Source of the DNA: a virus
DNA length: 64,000 nucleotides
Reading direction: 5' to 3' (one strand)
Virus record (IMG/VR): IMGVR_UViG_3300032242_000550
Coordinates: 32,001 to 96,000 of that record
Shown: positions 32,901-39,724 of the stretch, in pieces
Layout of the letters: each line of letters starts with the position of its first letter
Numbering within the stretch: the stretch's first letter is position 1
The notes under the pieces: generated by a model
The model's input: only the letters and a program-made list of their open reading frames with translations
Told to the model about the DNA's origin: nothing
The model's database searches: none
Program-made: the position numbers and the translations under genes

Positions 32901-35785
32901 GCTGTTTGCCAACCTAGTTGACGAATAGGAGTTGTTAGATTAGAATAGTCATAGACATATCCTGTATTAACTTTTTGTGTAATAGGTGTAGAACCATTAA
33001 CATAATTGAATTGTGCAGAATTTAATGATACGTCAAAACTAATATCACCTATATTGTTTACTGAACTATATGATAATGGAAATCCTAATATAGAATCATC
33101 TATGCCTGAACCTATAGCATAAGCAAATAATTTATTACCGGCAAATGATGTTCCTGCATAGACAGTACGATCACCAAAACTTATGCCGTTATTATCAAAT
33201 ATATCAAATAATGGTGGTTGATTTACTGTAGTTTTTTGTTGACCTGTTATCCAACTAGAACCGTCAAAGTAAAAATCCATACCTTTATAGTTATAACCTC
33301 TGAACACAACAGTTTGTTCTTCGGGTAATACAAGTCCATTATGATCTTCTGTTAATGTTATTACTTGTGGACTACCGGGTACTAGTGTACTAAATCTAAC
33401 TGTATATATTTTATTTCTAACAGTTATACTTTCATCGGCTGCAAATACAACTCTAGCACCATCAAATAATGCATAACTATCATTTTGAATATCGTTTGCT
33501 ATTAATGATGCGTTAGTACCAGTAGTAACGGTGTGTGAACCAGACCAAGATACTGTTAATATAAAATTAGTTGGGCTAGATATACTATCTATTACAGTAA
33601 TCTGACTATTTCTAGGCAATACATTAGTACTGTCATTTATATATTGACCAACTTGAAATGCTCCAGTAACACTAGATACAGGAACAGTAATAGTAGTACT
33701 AGTTCCTGCAACTAATAGTTGATTAATTGTTGCAGTATAAGCTGTATATACTTCAACGTCGGGATAATAGTTTTGTTGTCCTGCTACTAAATTTAATGCA
33801 TTTGTTGTTCTAAAGTCAATAAAATCAATTGTAGGTTTTGCAACAATACCAGAATTATATAAACGTAAGTTTGGATAAAACTCAATGATAGGACGTTTAG
33901 CTTTGTTATCTATAGTGGCATATAATGTGGCTAATTCTGGATTATTATTATATGTAGCTGTTGCATTAATTACATCAATATGAAACCATCTATTACTACG
34001 TGACCATGGATTTCTATCAAAACTATCTCTGGCTATAGTAATATAATCGGGCGTTACTGGTATATATAAATTAACGTCATAATTTCCAATATCATATGGT
34101 GTTGTATCATATGGTATATATGTACCTTGAGTAAAAGGTTCTGGTACTATTAATTCAGCTACAGGTACTAAACGAATTGCAGATCCCACACCTTCAACAT
34201 AATATTGATTATTATAGTAGCTACTAGGATATATATTTCCAGATAATATTACTTTCAATCCATTAGTAAACACAATACCGTTTGGTGAAGTGTATGTTTT
34301 TTTACCAATAATATCAGTAAGTACATTAATACGACTTGTTACGTTACTTGATATAATTCTAATTTGACCAACTTTATTACTTGATGTACCATCTTGGTAA
34401 TATAGTGTATCAAGTAGTGAACTTAAATAAGGTATTAACTGAATAGAATTGCTTGTGTTTCTATAAAAAGTTCTACCAATATATTCTGTTCCGTAATTAG
34501 CAGTAATGATTTCTTCTACTGGAATCGTACCACTATCAACTAATCTGATTACAGGATTAGTTGGATCACCTTCATATGTAATTGTGTAAAATGTAGCGGC
34601 TACATTGGTGAAATAACCACCGTCATAATTAATAAAATCTGTATTACTACCTGGTGGCACATAACCTGTAGTACCGCCATCTTCATCAAAAGGTGTTGTA
34701 CTATAGAACTTTGATACATAACCCATTGCTGTTGCAGTACCAGTACCGGTAGATGAACCAACATTTATTGCATCTATTACATCACCTATTGCATATGTAA
34801 TACCAGTTGTGTTTGCGATAGCGTTCCAATCAGTTGTACCTAAGTCATTTATTTTGTAAGTATTACCTATAACAATTTCATAAGATGGTACAGTAAAATT
34901 ACCATAGAACATTAATGTAAGACCTTCTAATGAGGTAATACCGTCTACGCCATTTACCAAATCACTGACCAATACACCATTAACCTGATCGTACGGCAAT
35001 GATGATACTACATCAACTCTATTGTTGCCGGGAAAATTATATTCAGATTGTGCATCTTTAAAGGGTACAGTAAATGTTACTACTCCCATTGATGTGCCGT
35101 TGTTGTCCACACCTAATATATCACGTGTTTGAATATTTGGTTGTGATGGATCGTATCCAGTTACACCAGGCTTACCCTGAATCCAAAATTGACTATCCTG
35201 ATCAACGGTAAAAGTATATATACCACCGCGCAATAAAGTAATTGACGGGTTGGTAGTGCCCTGTGCTTGACCATCTGCAGTTACCAAATAACCATTAGGT
35301 GTGCTAGTAATAATATATGTTGTGGCGTTGTAAACAGTTTCTGTACTAACAGTTACTGCTTCAGGGCCGTTCGGTAACCAATAGTATTGGTTAAAATTAA
35401 TAATTTTATCTAGGTTAGTAAAACTATCCCATGAATAGAATTCGCTATTGAATAGTCTATTGTTATTGTTTACTACACCGCCTTCTAGTGCCAATCCATC
35501 AACTATACCCGGATAGCTAATAAAGTCATTGGCGGTACTTGTGTCTTTCTTAAGAAAGGCTACCCCTGGATCAAGTTGGTAGTCTGTTCTAGTTTTAGTT
35601 GGTTCAGTAACATAATAATTTTTAGCATTAACACCATACCCAAATCTGCTACCTACATAACCCTGTATTCGTTTAGTATTTGGTTGGTCTACTATTTGAT
35701 CTAGTGTCGCATTTAAAAATTGACTATTGGTAGGAGTTTTAAATATTTCAGGTAGAAAATTTAATGTTCTAATTCTTGTTGCCAT
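17963..35785 (-). CDS. Giant (5940 aa) baseplate/virion structural protein with repeated beta-rich modules and propeller regions
   Basis: Uninterrupted ORF directly after the gp6-like gene; about 11 'F.G..G...T.YYV....F..S.T.GG' repeats; FG-GAP-like and BNR-like (S.DG.TW) repeats. Confidence 0.8.
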   Translation of the reverse strand: MATRIRTLNFLPEIFKTPTNSQFLNATLDQIVDQPNTKRIQGYVGSRFGYGVNAKNYYVTEPTKTRTDYQLDPGVAFLKKDTSTANDFISYPGIVDGLALEGGVVNNNNRLFNSEFYSWDSFTNLDKIINFNQYYWLPNGPEAVTVSTETVYNATTYIITSTPNGYLVTADGQAQGTTNPSITLLRGGIYTFTVDQDSQFWIQGKPGVTGYDPSQPNIQTRDILGVDNNGTSMGVVTFTVPFKDAQSEYNFPGNNRVDVVSSLPYDQVNGVLVSDLVNGVDGITSLEGLTLMFYGNFTVPSYEIVIGNTYKINDLGTTDWNAIANTTGITYAIGDVIDAINVGSSTGTGTATAMGYVSKFYSTTPFDEDGGTTGYVPPGSNTDFINYDGGYFTNVAATFYTITYEGDPTNPVIRLVDSGTIPVEEIITANYGTEYIGRTFYRNTSNSIQLIPYLSSLLDTLYYQDGTSSNKVGQIRIISSNVTSRINVLTDIIGKKTYTSPNGIVFTNGLKVILSGNIYPSSYYNNQYYVEGVGSAIRLVPVAELIVPEPFTQGTYIPYDTTPYDIGNYDVNLYIPVTPDYITIARDSFDRNPWSRSNRWFHIDVINATATYNNNPELATLYATIDNKAKRPIIEFYPNLRLYNSGIVAKPTIDFIDFRTTNALNLVAGQQNYYPDVEVYTAYTATINQLLVAGTSTTITVPVSSVTGAFQVGQYINDSTNVLPRNSQITVIDSISSPTNFILTVSWSGSHTVTTGTNASLIANDIQNDSYALFDGARVVFAADESITVRNKIYTVRFSTLVPGSPQVITLTEDHNGLVLPEEQTVVFRGYNYKGMDFYFDGSSWITGQQKTTVNQPPLFDIFDNNGISFGDRTVYAGTSFAGNKLFAYAIGSGIDDSILGFPLSYSSVNNIGDISFDVSLNSAQFNYVNGSTPITQKVNTGYVYDYSNLTTPIRQLGWQTAVGPSVQYQVFEFNYYANNPTTTYTCDIAKLADMDSPWPTIQLFVNNKIQYTSDYTVTTNDTQTIVTFSVPNPAIDTVVEILLLSNQVSETAYYGIPINLNNNPLNADITMVNVGDIRGQYQSSFYNNPNTTGEVFGPNNYRDLGNMVPYGNKIIQNSASLVLPGTFLRKQNHNLFNALMYNSREYITFKTLLVDTVNTTDYVQRVSPATLLDDALDTITKSKTDSNSFFWSDMLPSKAAYISNTYSFANALDVSIYPLSKVYNFATANYNGILVYLTNTLGIVTQLIRGVDYTVSTDSPSLTVTLDLNAGDQITIKEYNQTYGSYVPNTPTKLGLYPSTIPTVVLDSSYYQPTYFIVGHDGSYNKLYGEYIDGILFDFRDQVLLEFEKRIYNNLKLSNIIPIQEYEILPGFFRDTDYSYDEILEIYSTSFLDWVGQNRINYKKQFYSSNNQYSYNYNQSGNKINGAVIPQGYWRGIYEYFYDTSNPDTSPWEMLGYTDEPTWWTSRYGMAPYTSDNLILWNDLAQGIDYNNGHPVVIPSAIRPELLQVLPVDSQGNLVSPFVSIVGNYSNTSFNRDWVVGDVGPAEFSYRRSSSWPFDLMRILALTKPAEFYNLGVDIDNYKYNTEFGQYLVNDRSHLVISDVEIYGNGIAKTSYINWIVDYEKQAGVDATTNITDLLNNIDVRLVYRLAGFSDKNLLKFYVEKSTANSNNSSLLIPDESYQVLLYDNQPFDKIVYSGVVVQLTETGYKVYGNSQTNAYFKILKPKINGNYERVSVQGLSVQLAKNYYDTPQLVAYGTEFVTVQEVAQFLDGYGRYLASQGVLFDQIESGLEVSWKQMVAEYLYWAQCGWEVGSIVNINPASNLISINKDSYIVQPLTLQKQNFLLNQNLYPIQSTDLSIVRDGTLFTAQPLNQGDTVAYGQFNISNFEHGIVFDNVTLFADVIYNLPTGLRQNRILVRGAKTAEWNGTVDAQGFILNQDNILDWNKTVKYTTGSIVKYKNKYWIALTIIQPKEVFEEREWKETPYNEIQKGLLPNTSTRSFESTLYYDVNRPNLENDADLLSFSLIGYRPRDYLALVDLTEITQINVYKNFIKNKGTLNAASAFKGANLPQGGIDYNIYENWAIKSGEFGGVLNSNFIDFKLNQSELTGNPCIVGLTNGVPTDGVQQEVPLYSLYNYGRPITNTNVLPLLPPDSPSTLFPTAGYVNFNDVRIAAYYYYNLANSTSPSGSVTPISKLYVGQYVWLADYQGTWQVMTPVSLGSIIFAKNNLNGTATLVFNNPHGLTKYQPFAVVNFNTSLNGYYIVNTVIDLNSVLVNVTLDPAITTITGQGIGFKFQSQRVDNPSDIINLPLLNSEFVKNKVWVDTDTNGDWAVYRKSLNYLYDSELVKEGSETFGSAVAYTDTLGYLVGDAVAGEAYRYVFNQLFNRYELRQTLTGTTTYGTTIQHSNDIYVISQPTGTPRVYIYKLITNTLLDQLVPLSSAVIDPIPNQPWAPYYISAPAGVTNWGSSVAISGDTKWLYISAITSSASLVYVYRLSSTTGLYEYSTVINRGLTPSESFGHSIATDYYGSTVVIGTPTKNYSPEIDNWGYTYVYNRTTQNVEAQFTSIPYVPQTFTLAWTPYTTTITDITSTDSTSDAFTSLNSVSSLLIGTPIIFTGNVYGGVSLNTVYYVLTKPTSNSFTVSATRGGSVLQLSTLTGSMSAVQQDTPLYVSVNGTVISDSLYYTVGSTISIVQSLLAGDIINISSNNFVFDQTLTTEHTPRIGVQFGTSVDTNSYATEILVGAPFELNELNQEGAVYRYTNGGGSYGMVIGTVDCNITTPRTILINGYIVTLPVGNAVDASTAINHANITNVQSTSINGKLIISLIDNALALSNNKLSIAVLNSATWAELGFNVYTLTQVINDPHSQGTTQFGSVVKFNEFDSFVVSAPTSTRYEATTFDSTDDENYDNDTLFDNNATQWVDTYKNAGAVYMFDYLSVYNESLANVGNFVYAQSVNDINETYGSQPLYGHALEFNASHVVIGTPNFKPTTVAGQIVTYINTTGTPDWSVYRSSSPVVDINRIQNIQLYSASTNNTLDNLDYIDPLQGKILGSVRQNIDVVSNVDPAGYNSPNVNKGAMVWGTAQLGQIWFNTSTTRFVNYHQNDIVYNSKWWGQVFPGSDITVYSWITSNVLPIAYPGPGTPYNIDSYAIEYVLNATGVLAPVYFYWVRNTNIIFTKQGKTLSDNIIQSYIASPTNSGISYFSPLEQDIFALYNCGSNINANDTVLHIGFSTGTNDDVSHGLYSLIRTKYADDFLPGLPSTTGLDVPESLYDRMLDSLCGVDESGAVVPDPYLPKPVQYGIYARPRQSFFVNRFLALKNYLTYANEVLAQYPIAETRHSNFLFDNDNGAYNPSTLDNPQWLGPVTLIYDTTNYWNYINWWATGYDNNTKSALQVPMYADLSTIDATPGLIVTVAANGDGKSETYVYTNTNVWERIGLQNGTIEFSSSLWDYSSARLGFGDNFFDTTPYDTYPSRETRNIVRALNEEIYTNELLIYRNNSLILLFEYIQSETIEAQNYLPWLNKTSFVDVGHTIRELLPLEVFQSDNQDFLSGYINEVKPYHVVIKDFLFKYTGTDVYPGLITDFDLPAQYNTDVQQFITPELVYANPSGINQYLPSDPIWQTELYSQWFNNYGLSITGVKNYKITVSVSYITLNSNVLVVDNAYGFPINGTILIGEELIGYSSVDSSTSTLSGLTRGVDGTTISTHLPGEIITIDLPAVLVLNGGRGYATAPRVVAYIDPMYPAPRREAVLQAVMNLDSILRIDVIDAGEGYAVLPKIVIEPSISVNFASTDVSTVTDIILLPAPSLQTGDLIKYTVGADTTPVGGLEVDQYYYVNVLENTPTFAIGLYTSYGDAINDTNRVVFYNAGFGSNNTLSVTPRASCVTTSVPTRENQITLKFDRTSYNASLTDWVSGAFYGSAYAGSYTNAQNIASSGIILSSTQPSINTILASSQGATLEIQNLTNNETLTWSSRTRNVISTVASTDVITIAPSTGGAPDAGYVGPTTGFYVNMPVKFQGAVGSSLLVNNTTYYVKSILNETDITISATIGGGTFQLGDATISSAGLLMYVGETTDTAIVTLFYPGILTATTTTGTTNTITIPLNATGSGGTSGFYNGLPIFFTGNVFGGVIDNETYYVTTVINDTTFTMSTSTDPVMINVTSTTSSGNFVNCETTLGLSVNDPIIFTNLAVTSGSTNIIAGTTYYVSTITNAVQFQLSTTINGAVFNPGTSTVTMIGTNQKNTVKLSSGTGSMICNAGIPLSPGQINGQQFTFYPTTNFVTGLSGTNGNLIERTIDNATSSGNYLSISSVSGGLSNIYVNMPFTVPTNYSTLIGGTTYYVAGLGTVQTQVTSTSASNVITCTTTNGFYGNMAVMFTGAAFGGIVLDTTYYVLPGSITSTQFKISLTPSGSEVDLTGDSGSNLTVTGQPYITISDTLGGGIKTLTDESTDIVLTQEILLSPTVNVRTILGGYESLLIGSTLGYAVNNTITILGTLIGGTTPANDLVITVTGIGTNGQIASFISSGTPNEIVEKYYLKVITATTCGLYSDPLLQMPVSGIGLEYNAGDYIVLPEPFSLNQSIVKYNNRVYQCIISNNDTQFVFGKWEEISSDNSNLNALDRIVGYYAPTVNMPGLDLTQLVDGITYPNSTYMGNAFAPADEFPLDTILEDRPFSPTEVDVTSVTWNGSRYLTSANTPTYSDIATSTTGSTWLSNKITEQPVALSDILYNGSKYVVSSQNTATPIFVSTDGVVWASTGLTAGSVSIGSTSLNSVAYLNSVYVGVGTSIVSSSDAFTWVERYNVTAVTLYCVSGIAITNYNGFIAVGTGPDYSVIPTGSKSVILQSLNGITWTNVTPSALTPTLHGVTSGNGLIVVIGNNGTILTSINGSNWTNISSGSQSLIDIVYSSSLGFFIIVGRSGYIGKLNGNVLTTVTSGTTQDLNSVIWNNTVGEFIATGNNNVILKSTNGTMWTSSNIFVTEPTVYDIVGDEFTAGYGPEELVPGVVTDNLTMIVNTRPGTNWDADIYQHVGYNVMTKQITPVTGQLIFSFDGLIQTPAQLSVYNVNGATQLATRLYSPSFSVNWITKTITLATPLSMGNSLMIEVYEVGNGYQLEKSNSQADPIRTNDTTGFNEIYLNCNYSATLNSGSGLIRPGTQPINVIATETDSVTDTILCENVEYFTLNDQIVFQGGVFGNIVADTHYYVKTISTITNRITISATNVNGVAGPTFALSTDTGSMVVELQIGSGAPWTDPIVYHNGTKLVSGHTLTITSTSSSTNTITCNTTNGVAVNDTIVFSDTIFCPQISSLTTYYVKTIVDGTNFTISSTLGGPTLTLTTHVGGAVAVTNDYTFGITDNGITAKLVFAAQYDDSVDYLTYTVFGETFGIQYGYTVPETEKFVATAGQTTFILTNYVSGDNPTNAIVEKNGIRLSSGYSINDTTNVLTLTTGASLNDVIAVTSYNLTNRQYFNTQYDLSGKSVVSISGISNQITTPLATTYVTDTTISTDGVRPNQLTCTSTNGFIVNQTVQFKGISIANILTDGTVYYINSIVDPTHFTISATLGGPVYTITSTSSGNMVTTVGGQPAVRVTTSTAHNLSTNNVIRINGTVGSVQLNNNTYYVHVINTTQVDLYEIAYSASLTAINIPITNVSTYVSGGYIWQNTSFIINNYWDQINVNRLWVTVNGYRVPPASLYLNNNNNLSILVPIVSSDKITITSMVPNATPNELVYIQNVNKNGFGTVFRANSNTTTWLVEPLNYTDETIYVADVTRITDTVVQNVIAPAVVSGVTSISLNADKNTISQVIVYNTTTSSYVSSSHYSVVVIDLAPVLEITSQVSTGDQLVITTIMGNLLYINGEQIRFTTVDLDNNTITGLQRGANGTGEQTYIPLYTEVYGILSTNLLPEPEYNVTWNSNVYNVVEGDPLQISETMAAYFLNTDVS

Positions 35786-35811
35786 TATTTCTCTCTATGG
35801 TTATATATTAC

Positions 35812-38800
35812 TTATCTTATCTGTAATTGTGTTGGTGTGAGAGCCGGTATCACAAGAACATCATTAGCTGTTGCGCCATTAGCAAATATTTCATATGGTG
35901 CTGATTTAATCTCATATAAATCTCCAAAATTCATAGTAGGATCATTAGGTACTAATACTGCTGAACTAATTAAACTTCCTACTTGAGCATGTAAATATGC
36001 ACTTAATTCGCTAAAGTAAAATGTATCACCAAAGTTCCAATTGTTAATATTAAAATATGTATTCATTGCAGATAATACGGCACTACGAATTTCACTATCA
36101 CTTGCATTTGTATTGCTTGCTTTAATAACTTTAACCGTTGCTCTTAATTGTAATGGAGCTTTAGGTCCAAACAACGGTAAGAACACTACGCTATTTAATA
36201 TAACACTATCACTTAACATTTTATAATCATTAACAGCACCGTATGCTTGTGTTAATTCATTAATTGTAGGTCTATCTGGCTCAGGTATAGTGTTAGTAAT
36301 ATCTTGTAACCAATTTTGATATGCAGTATAATACGCTTGTGTTACCACATACAAATCAATAATGTTTGTAGTAGCAGGGTCAATACGTGTAGTATTATTA
36401 CTGTTATGACGATATTGGAATTGCAATCCTTGACGGCCCGTTTGCATAATATATTGTGTTTGTTTAGTTACAATATAGAAAGGGGTATTCACAGTTTGAT
36501 TTTGTACAGTTGTATAAAAATTACCAACTGATCCGTCTAGATTAGTATCTGCATATGCATAGAATAACTGCCCTACAGGATATTCATACTTAACAACTTC
36601 AATTTGAGTTTTAGTTGGGTATTGATATACCACTTCACTTGAAGGTATTAATTGATAGCGTGATAAGTTAATAGCATCTTGTATTAGTTCAAAGAAGGTA
36701 TATACACCAATATTTGACCCACCATTTACATAACCTGTTACTTCACTAAAGAAATCTGGATTACTGACTAATGTTCTATCATTAACATCTATACTTGCTA
36801 TTTCAACTTCAAAATCATTTACATAGCCATCACTCTCAACCGTTTGTCCAATAATACTTGCAGTAACTGGTGTAGCTAATGGGTAATTGCTATTTGGTTG
36901 AGTATTGGTTGCCAATACTTTAACATAATCTTGTAATATCTTTCCACTAAACGGATCATATACTAGTTTACCAGTTTCAAATGTAAAACGTGTATCAGCT
37001 ACACTACCAAAATAATATCTCAATGAACGATATGTTATAGTATAACGGTTGTTACCTGTGCTTAAGAAGTTTACAAAGTAGTTACTGGCGTTATATGCAC
37101 CAATACTCCAACGATCTTGCGCTATAGTTAAACTGTTATCAAAAATCAAACTAAAACTTTGATTTAGTTCCATTCTAACTTGTGCTTCATATATTACTGT
37201 GTTATGCAATGAATTATCAAATGCGGGTAATATTGTAGATACGATAGCACCTTGAGGTACGTAACCATTTAATGTAATCGGGCCAGTACCATTACTAAAA
37301 CTACCTTGACCATTATTATAACCATCACCTGTTACATTTAATACGGTAGTCCATAAATATGTTTTATCAGATGGGCCTGGGATACCTGATATTAAACGAT
37401 TAGTATCACTAAAATAATAACCACTAGGTGCGACAAATTTCATCATTGCACCTTTGGTTGCATATTTCATATTATGTGTAGAATATGTTCCTACTGGTAT
37501 AGGAGTATTATCACTACCATTAATATTATAGAAGTAACCAGTTAAACTATTAGCATCAACTGTTTGTTCTTGCCAATATACAACACCGTCACCGGATGAA
37601 GTGTTAACTGGATAACGTGTATAGTTTTGTATATAATATTGTCTTGCACGATTGTCTGCCAATAATACAGCTAACCTATCTGTTAAGAAGGTAATGATAT
37701 CGCCGGTTGTTGTGATAGTTAATAGTGTACTACCTTCAGTACTATTTTGATATATACCGCCGTCGTTGGCAAAACTATTAGTGCTGGAGTATTTCCCAGT
37801 TGGATCTAACAGGTCTAAGTTTTTTGACACACCAACACTACTACGGTTAATAGCTTTGCTTTTAATAATAGAACTGTATAATGTATATGGGAAATTGTTG
37901 TAATCTTCACCATTAACCATTCTGTTCTGTGTGTAATAGCGGGAAGGGGCACGTTGTTTAATATTTGCTAATGTTTCTCTTGCCTGTGCGTTTGACACTG
38001 GTGTCTGTAATTGTAATCCTAATGTAAGTGTTTCTGTTCGTCCTGCCCTACTAATATAACTTATTGATACTGATAGATTTTGCATCTCAGTTGGATTAAT
38101 AGTATATGTCAATGCATTACCTGCACGTACATATGCTCTAAATGTTCCAACTGGGATCTGGGAAAATACTCCATCACCAAAAACGTAACTAACCTGATCA
38201 TTAAATCTGGAACCCACAGAGAATATTCTACGAATACTACCTTCAGTTTGTAAGTATGCATCCGCATAAACATTTTCTACTTGTTTCCATAATGTTCTAT
38301 TTGTAGCACTGGTATTATCAGTACTCAATTGATACAACCAAGTATCTGTGTTATTAACACCCTGAATATCACCAATGTCAACTACTTGGTTAGATATTTG
38401 CTGTGCTAAATTAAAATCAAAATTCTGTAAATTACCTTGTTTAAAATAGAAAAAGAAACCTGTATTTGGGCTACCATAACCTAACTTATCATTACGATAA
38501 GCTATATTCATTCTACCACTAGGTACAGGTGGAATCTCGTAAACATAATCTTCATTTAAACTAGTTGAACTAACTAATTCAAAATTCATTGATTGATTAT
38601 CTACTACAGCAGTGAACGGTACAATTGGTAATATATTCTGGGGAATATTAATAGCATACTCATCTGTCTTAATACCTGATATTTGTGCTGTGTTTCCTGG
38701 ACGCCCAATACGTTGTGTGTTAATTAATGTAGCATTAATAATCGTATTGAACTGCTCTAACCAATTGATGTTTGCAGGATCATTCCATAATACTGTTTGA

Positions 38801-39216
38801 TTACTTAAATTATAACCATTTAAGTCCGTGATGTTTTCACTGGTTTGAATGCTTACTACTTTAATATAACCCTGACCAGCTAGATTGCGTTTAGGAGTAT
38901 AGCTTACTAGATTAGCTAGTTTAACTACGCTATCTCTACGTTCAGCAGTATCAATAAAGTTTTCACGTGCATTTAAATCACTACGGAAAGCTAAACCCTG
39001 ACCCATAAACGCCATAACGTCCATTAGTGCAATAAATTCACTTGATTCTATGTAATCATTAAAGGTTTCTGGATAGTAAACACGTAGATAGTCAATGAAA
39101 CTTTTACGTAGTGTTTCATAGTCATATGAACGGAAATCGGCTTCACGGAAGGTTTGATAGATTGCCTTCCAATCGTTGACGCCGAATAATGCTGATTGTC
39201 GTGAGCTGGTTGCCAT
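35812..39216 (-). CDS. Baseplate wedge subunit, T4 gp6-like
   Basis: DYETLR..FNDY.ESS..D..A.....ENF.DTA..R.SV..LA..V.Y.P and AP..Y.TQNR.V..EDY motifs. Confidence 0.85.
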   Translation of the reverse strand: MATSSRQSALFGVNDWKAIYQTFREADFRSYDYETLRKSFIDYLRVYYPETFNDYIESSEFIALMDVMAFMGQGLAFRSDLNARENFIDTAERRDSVVKLANLVSYTPKRNLAGQGYIKVVSIQTSENITDLNGYNLSNQTVLWNDPANINWLEQFNTIINATLINTQRIGRPGNTAQISGIKTDEYAINIPQNILPIVPFTAVVDNQSMNFELVSSTSLNEDYVYEIPPVPSGRMNIAYRNDKLGYGSPNTGFFFYFKQGNLQNFDFNLAQQISNQVVDIGDIQGVNNTDTWLYQLSTDNTSATNRTLWKQVENVYADAYLQTEGSIRRIFSVGSRFNDQVSYVFGDGVFSQIPVGTFRAYVRAGNALTYTINPTEMQNLSVSISYISRAGRTETLTLGLQLQTPVSNAQARETLANIKQRAPSRYYTQNRMVNGEDYNNFPYTLYSSIIKSKAINRSSVGVSKNLDLLDPTGKYSSTNSFANDGGIYQNSTEGSTLLTITTTGDIITFLTDRLAVLLADNRARQYYIQNYTRYPVNTSSGDGVVYWQEQTVDANSLTGYFYNINGSDNTPIPVGTYSTHNMKYATKGAMMKFVAPSGYYFSDTNRLISGIPGPSDKTYLWTTVLNVTGDGYNNGQGSFSNGTGPITLNGYVPQGAIVSTILPAFDNSLHNTVIYEAQVRMELNQSFSLIFDNSLTIAQDRWSIGAYNASNYFVNFLSTGNNRYTITYRSLRYYFGSVADTRFTFETGKLVYDPFSGKILQDYVKVLATNTQPNSNYPLATPVTASIIGQTVESDGYVNDFEVEIASIDVNDRTLVSNPDFFSEVTGYVNGGSNIGVYTFFELIQDAINLSRYQLIPSSEVVYQYPTKTQIEVVKYEYPVGQLFYAYADTNLDGSVGNFYTTVQNQTVNTPFYIVTKQTQYIMQTGRQGLQFQYRHNSNNTTRIDPATTNIIDLYVVTQAYYTAYQNWLQDITNTIPEPDRPTINELTQAYGAVNDYKMLSDSVILNSVVFLPLFGPKAPLQLRATVKVIKASNTNASDSEIRSAVLSAMNTYFNINNWNFGDTFYFSELSAYLHAQVGSLISSAVLVPNDPTMNFGDLYEIKSAPYEIFANGATANDVLVIPALTPTQLQIR

Positions 39217-39270
39217 AGTGGTATTCTCTTTTAAGTATTTATCTTAAATGAAAACATCACTTTTGGAAGA

Positions 39271-39720
39271 TTATTGGATTACTGCGGTATTTGTGCTATT
39301 ATTGAAGAAAACACTAAGTGTTTGTGCATTGTTAAATGGAGTAACAGCTAACTCTACTTCAATTAATATACCGTTTTCTTGTGGATATGCGCTGATAGTA
39401 TTAATTATCAATCTTGGATCTTGATTAGCTACTCGTCTAATCTCAGTTTCTAATTTGTTCTGTACATCAAACGTATTTGGTTCAAATACAAAGCTCCAAA
39501 GAGTTGTACCATATCCAGGATTACCGACTTTTTGACCCTGTTGTATGTTTAGTGCATTGATAAAATCTTGTATGACTAATTGTTGGTCAACTAATCTATA
39601 CTTCTTTCCGGGTATTACGGGTGATACCATAGAACCTACACCACCTGCTATTCCCGCTGGTAAGTTAGTAGAACGGGGCTTGTTAGCGTTAATTGTACTG
39701 AAACCTACGTATGCTGGCAT
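39271..39720 (-). CDS. Baseplate wedge subunit, T4 gp25-like
   Basis: L....G.K..NP.YGT.LW..VFEP..I....DPR pattern. Confidence 0.85.
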   Translation of the reverse strand: MPAYVGFSTINANKPRSTNLPAGIAGGVGSMVSPVIPGKKYRLVDQQLVIQDFINALNIQQGQKVGNPGYGTTLWSFVFEPNTFDVQNKLETEIRRVANQDPRLIINTISAYPQENGILIEVELAVTPFNNAQTLSVFFNNSTNTAVIQ

Positions 39721-39724
39721 ATTT

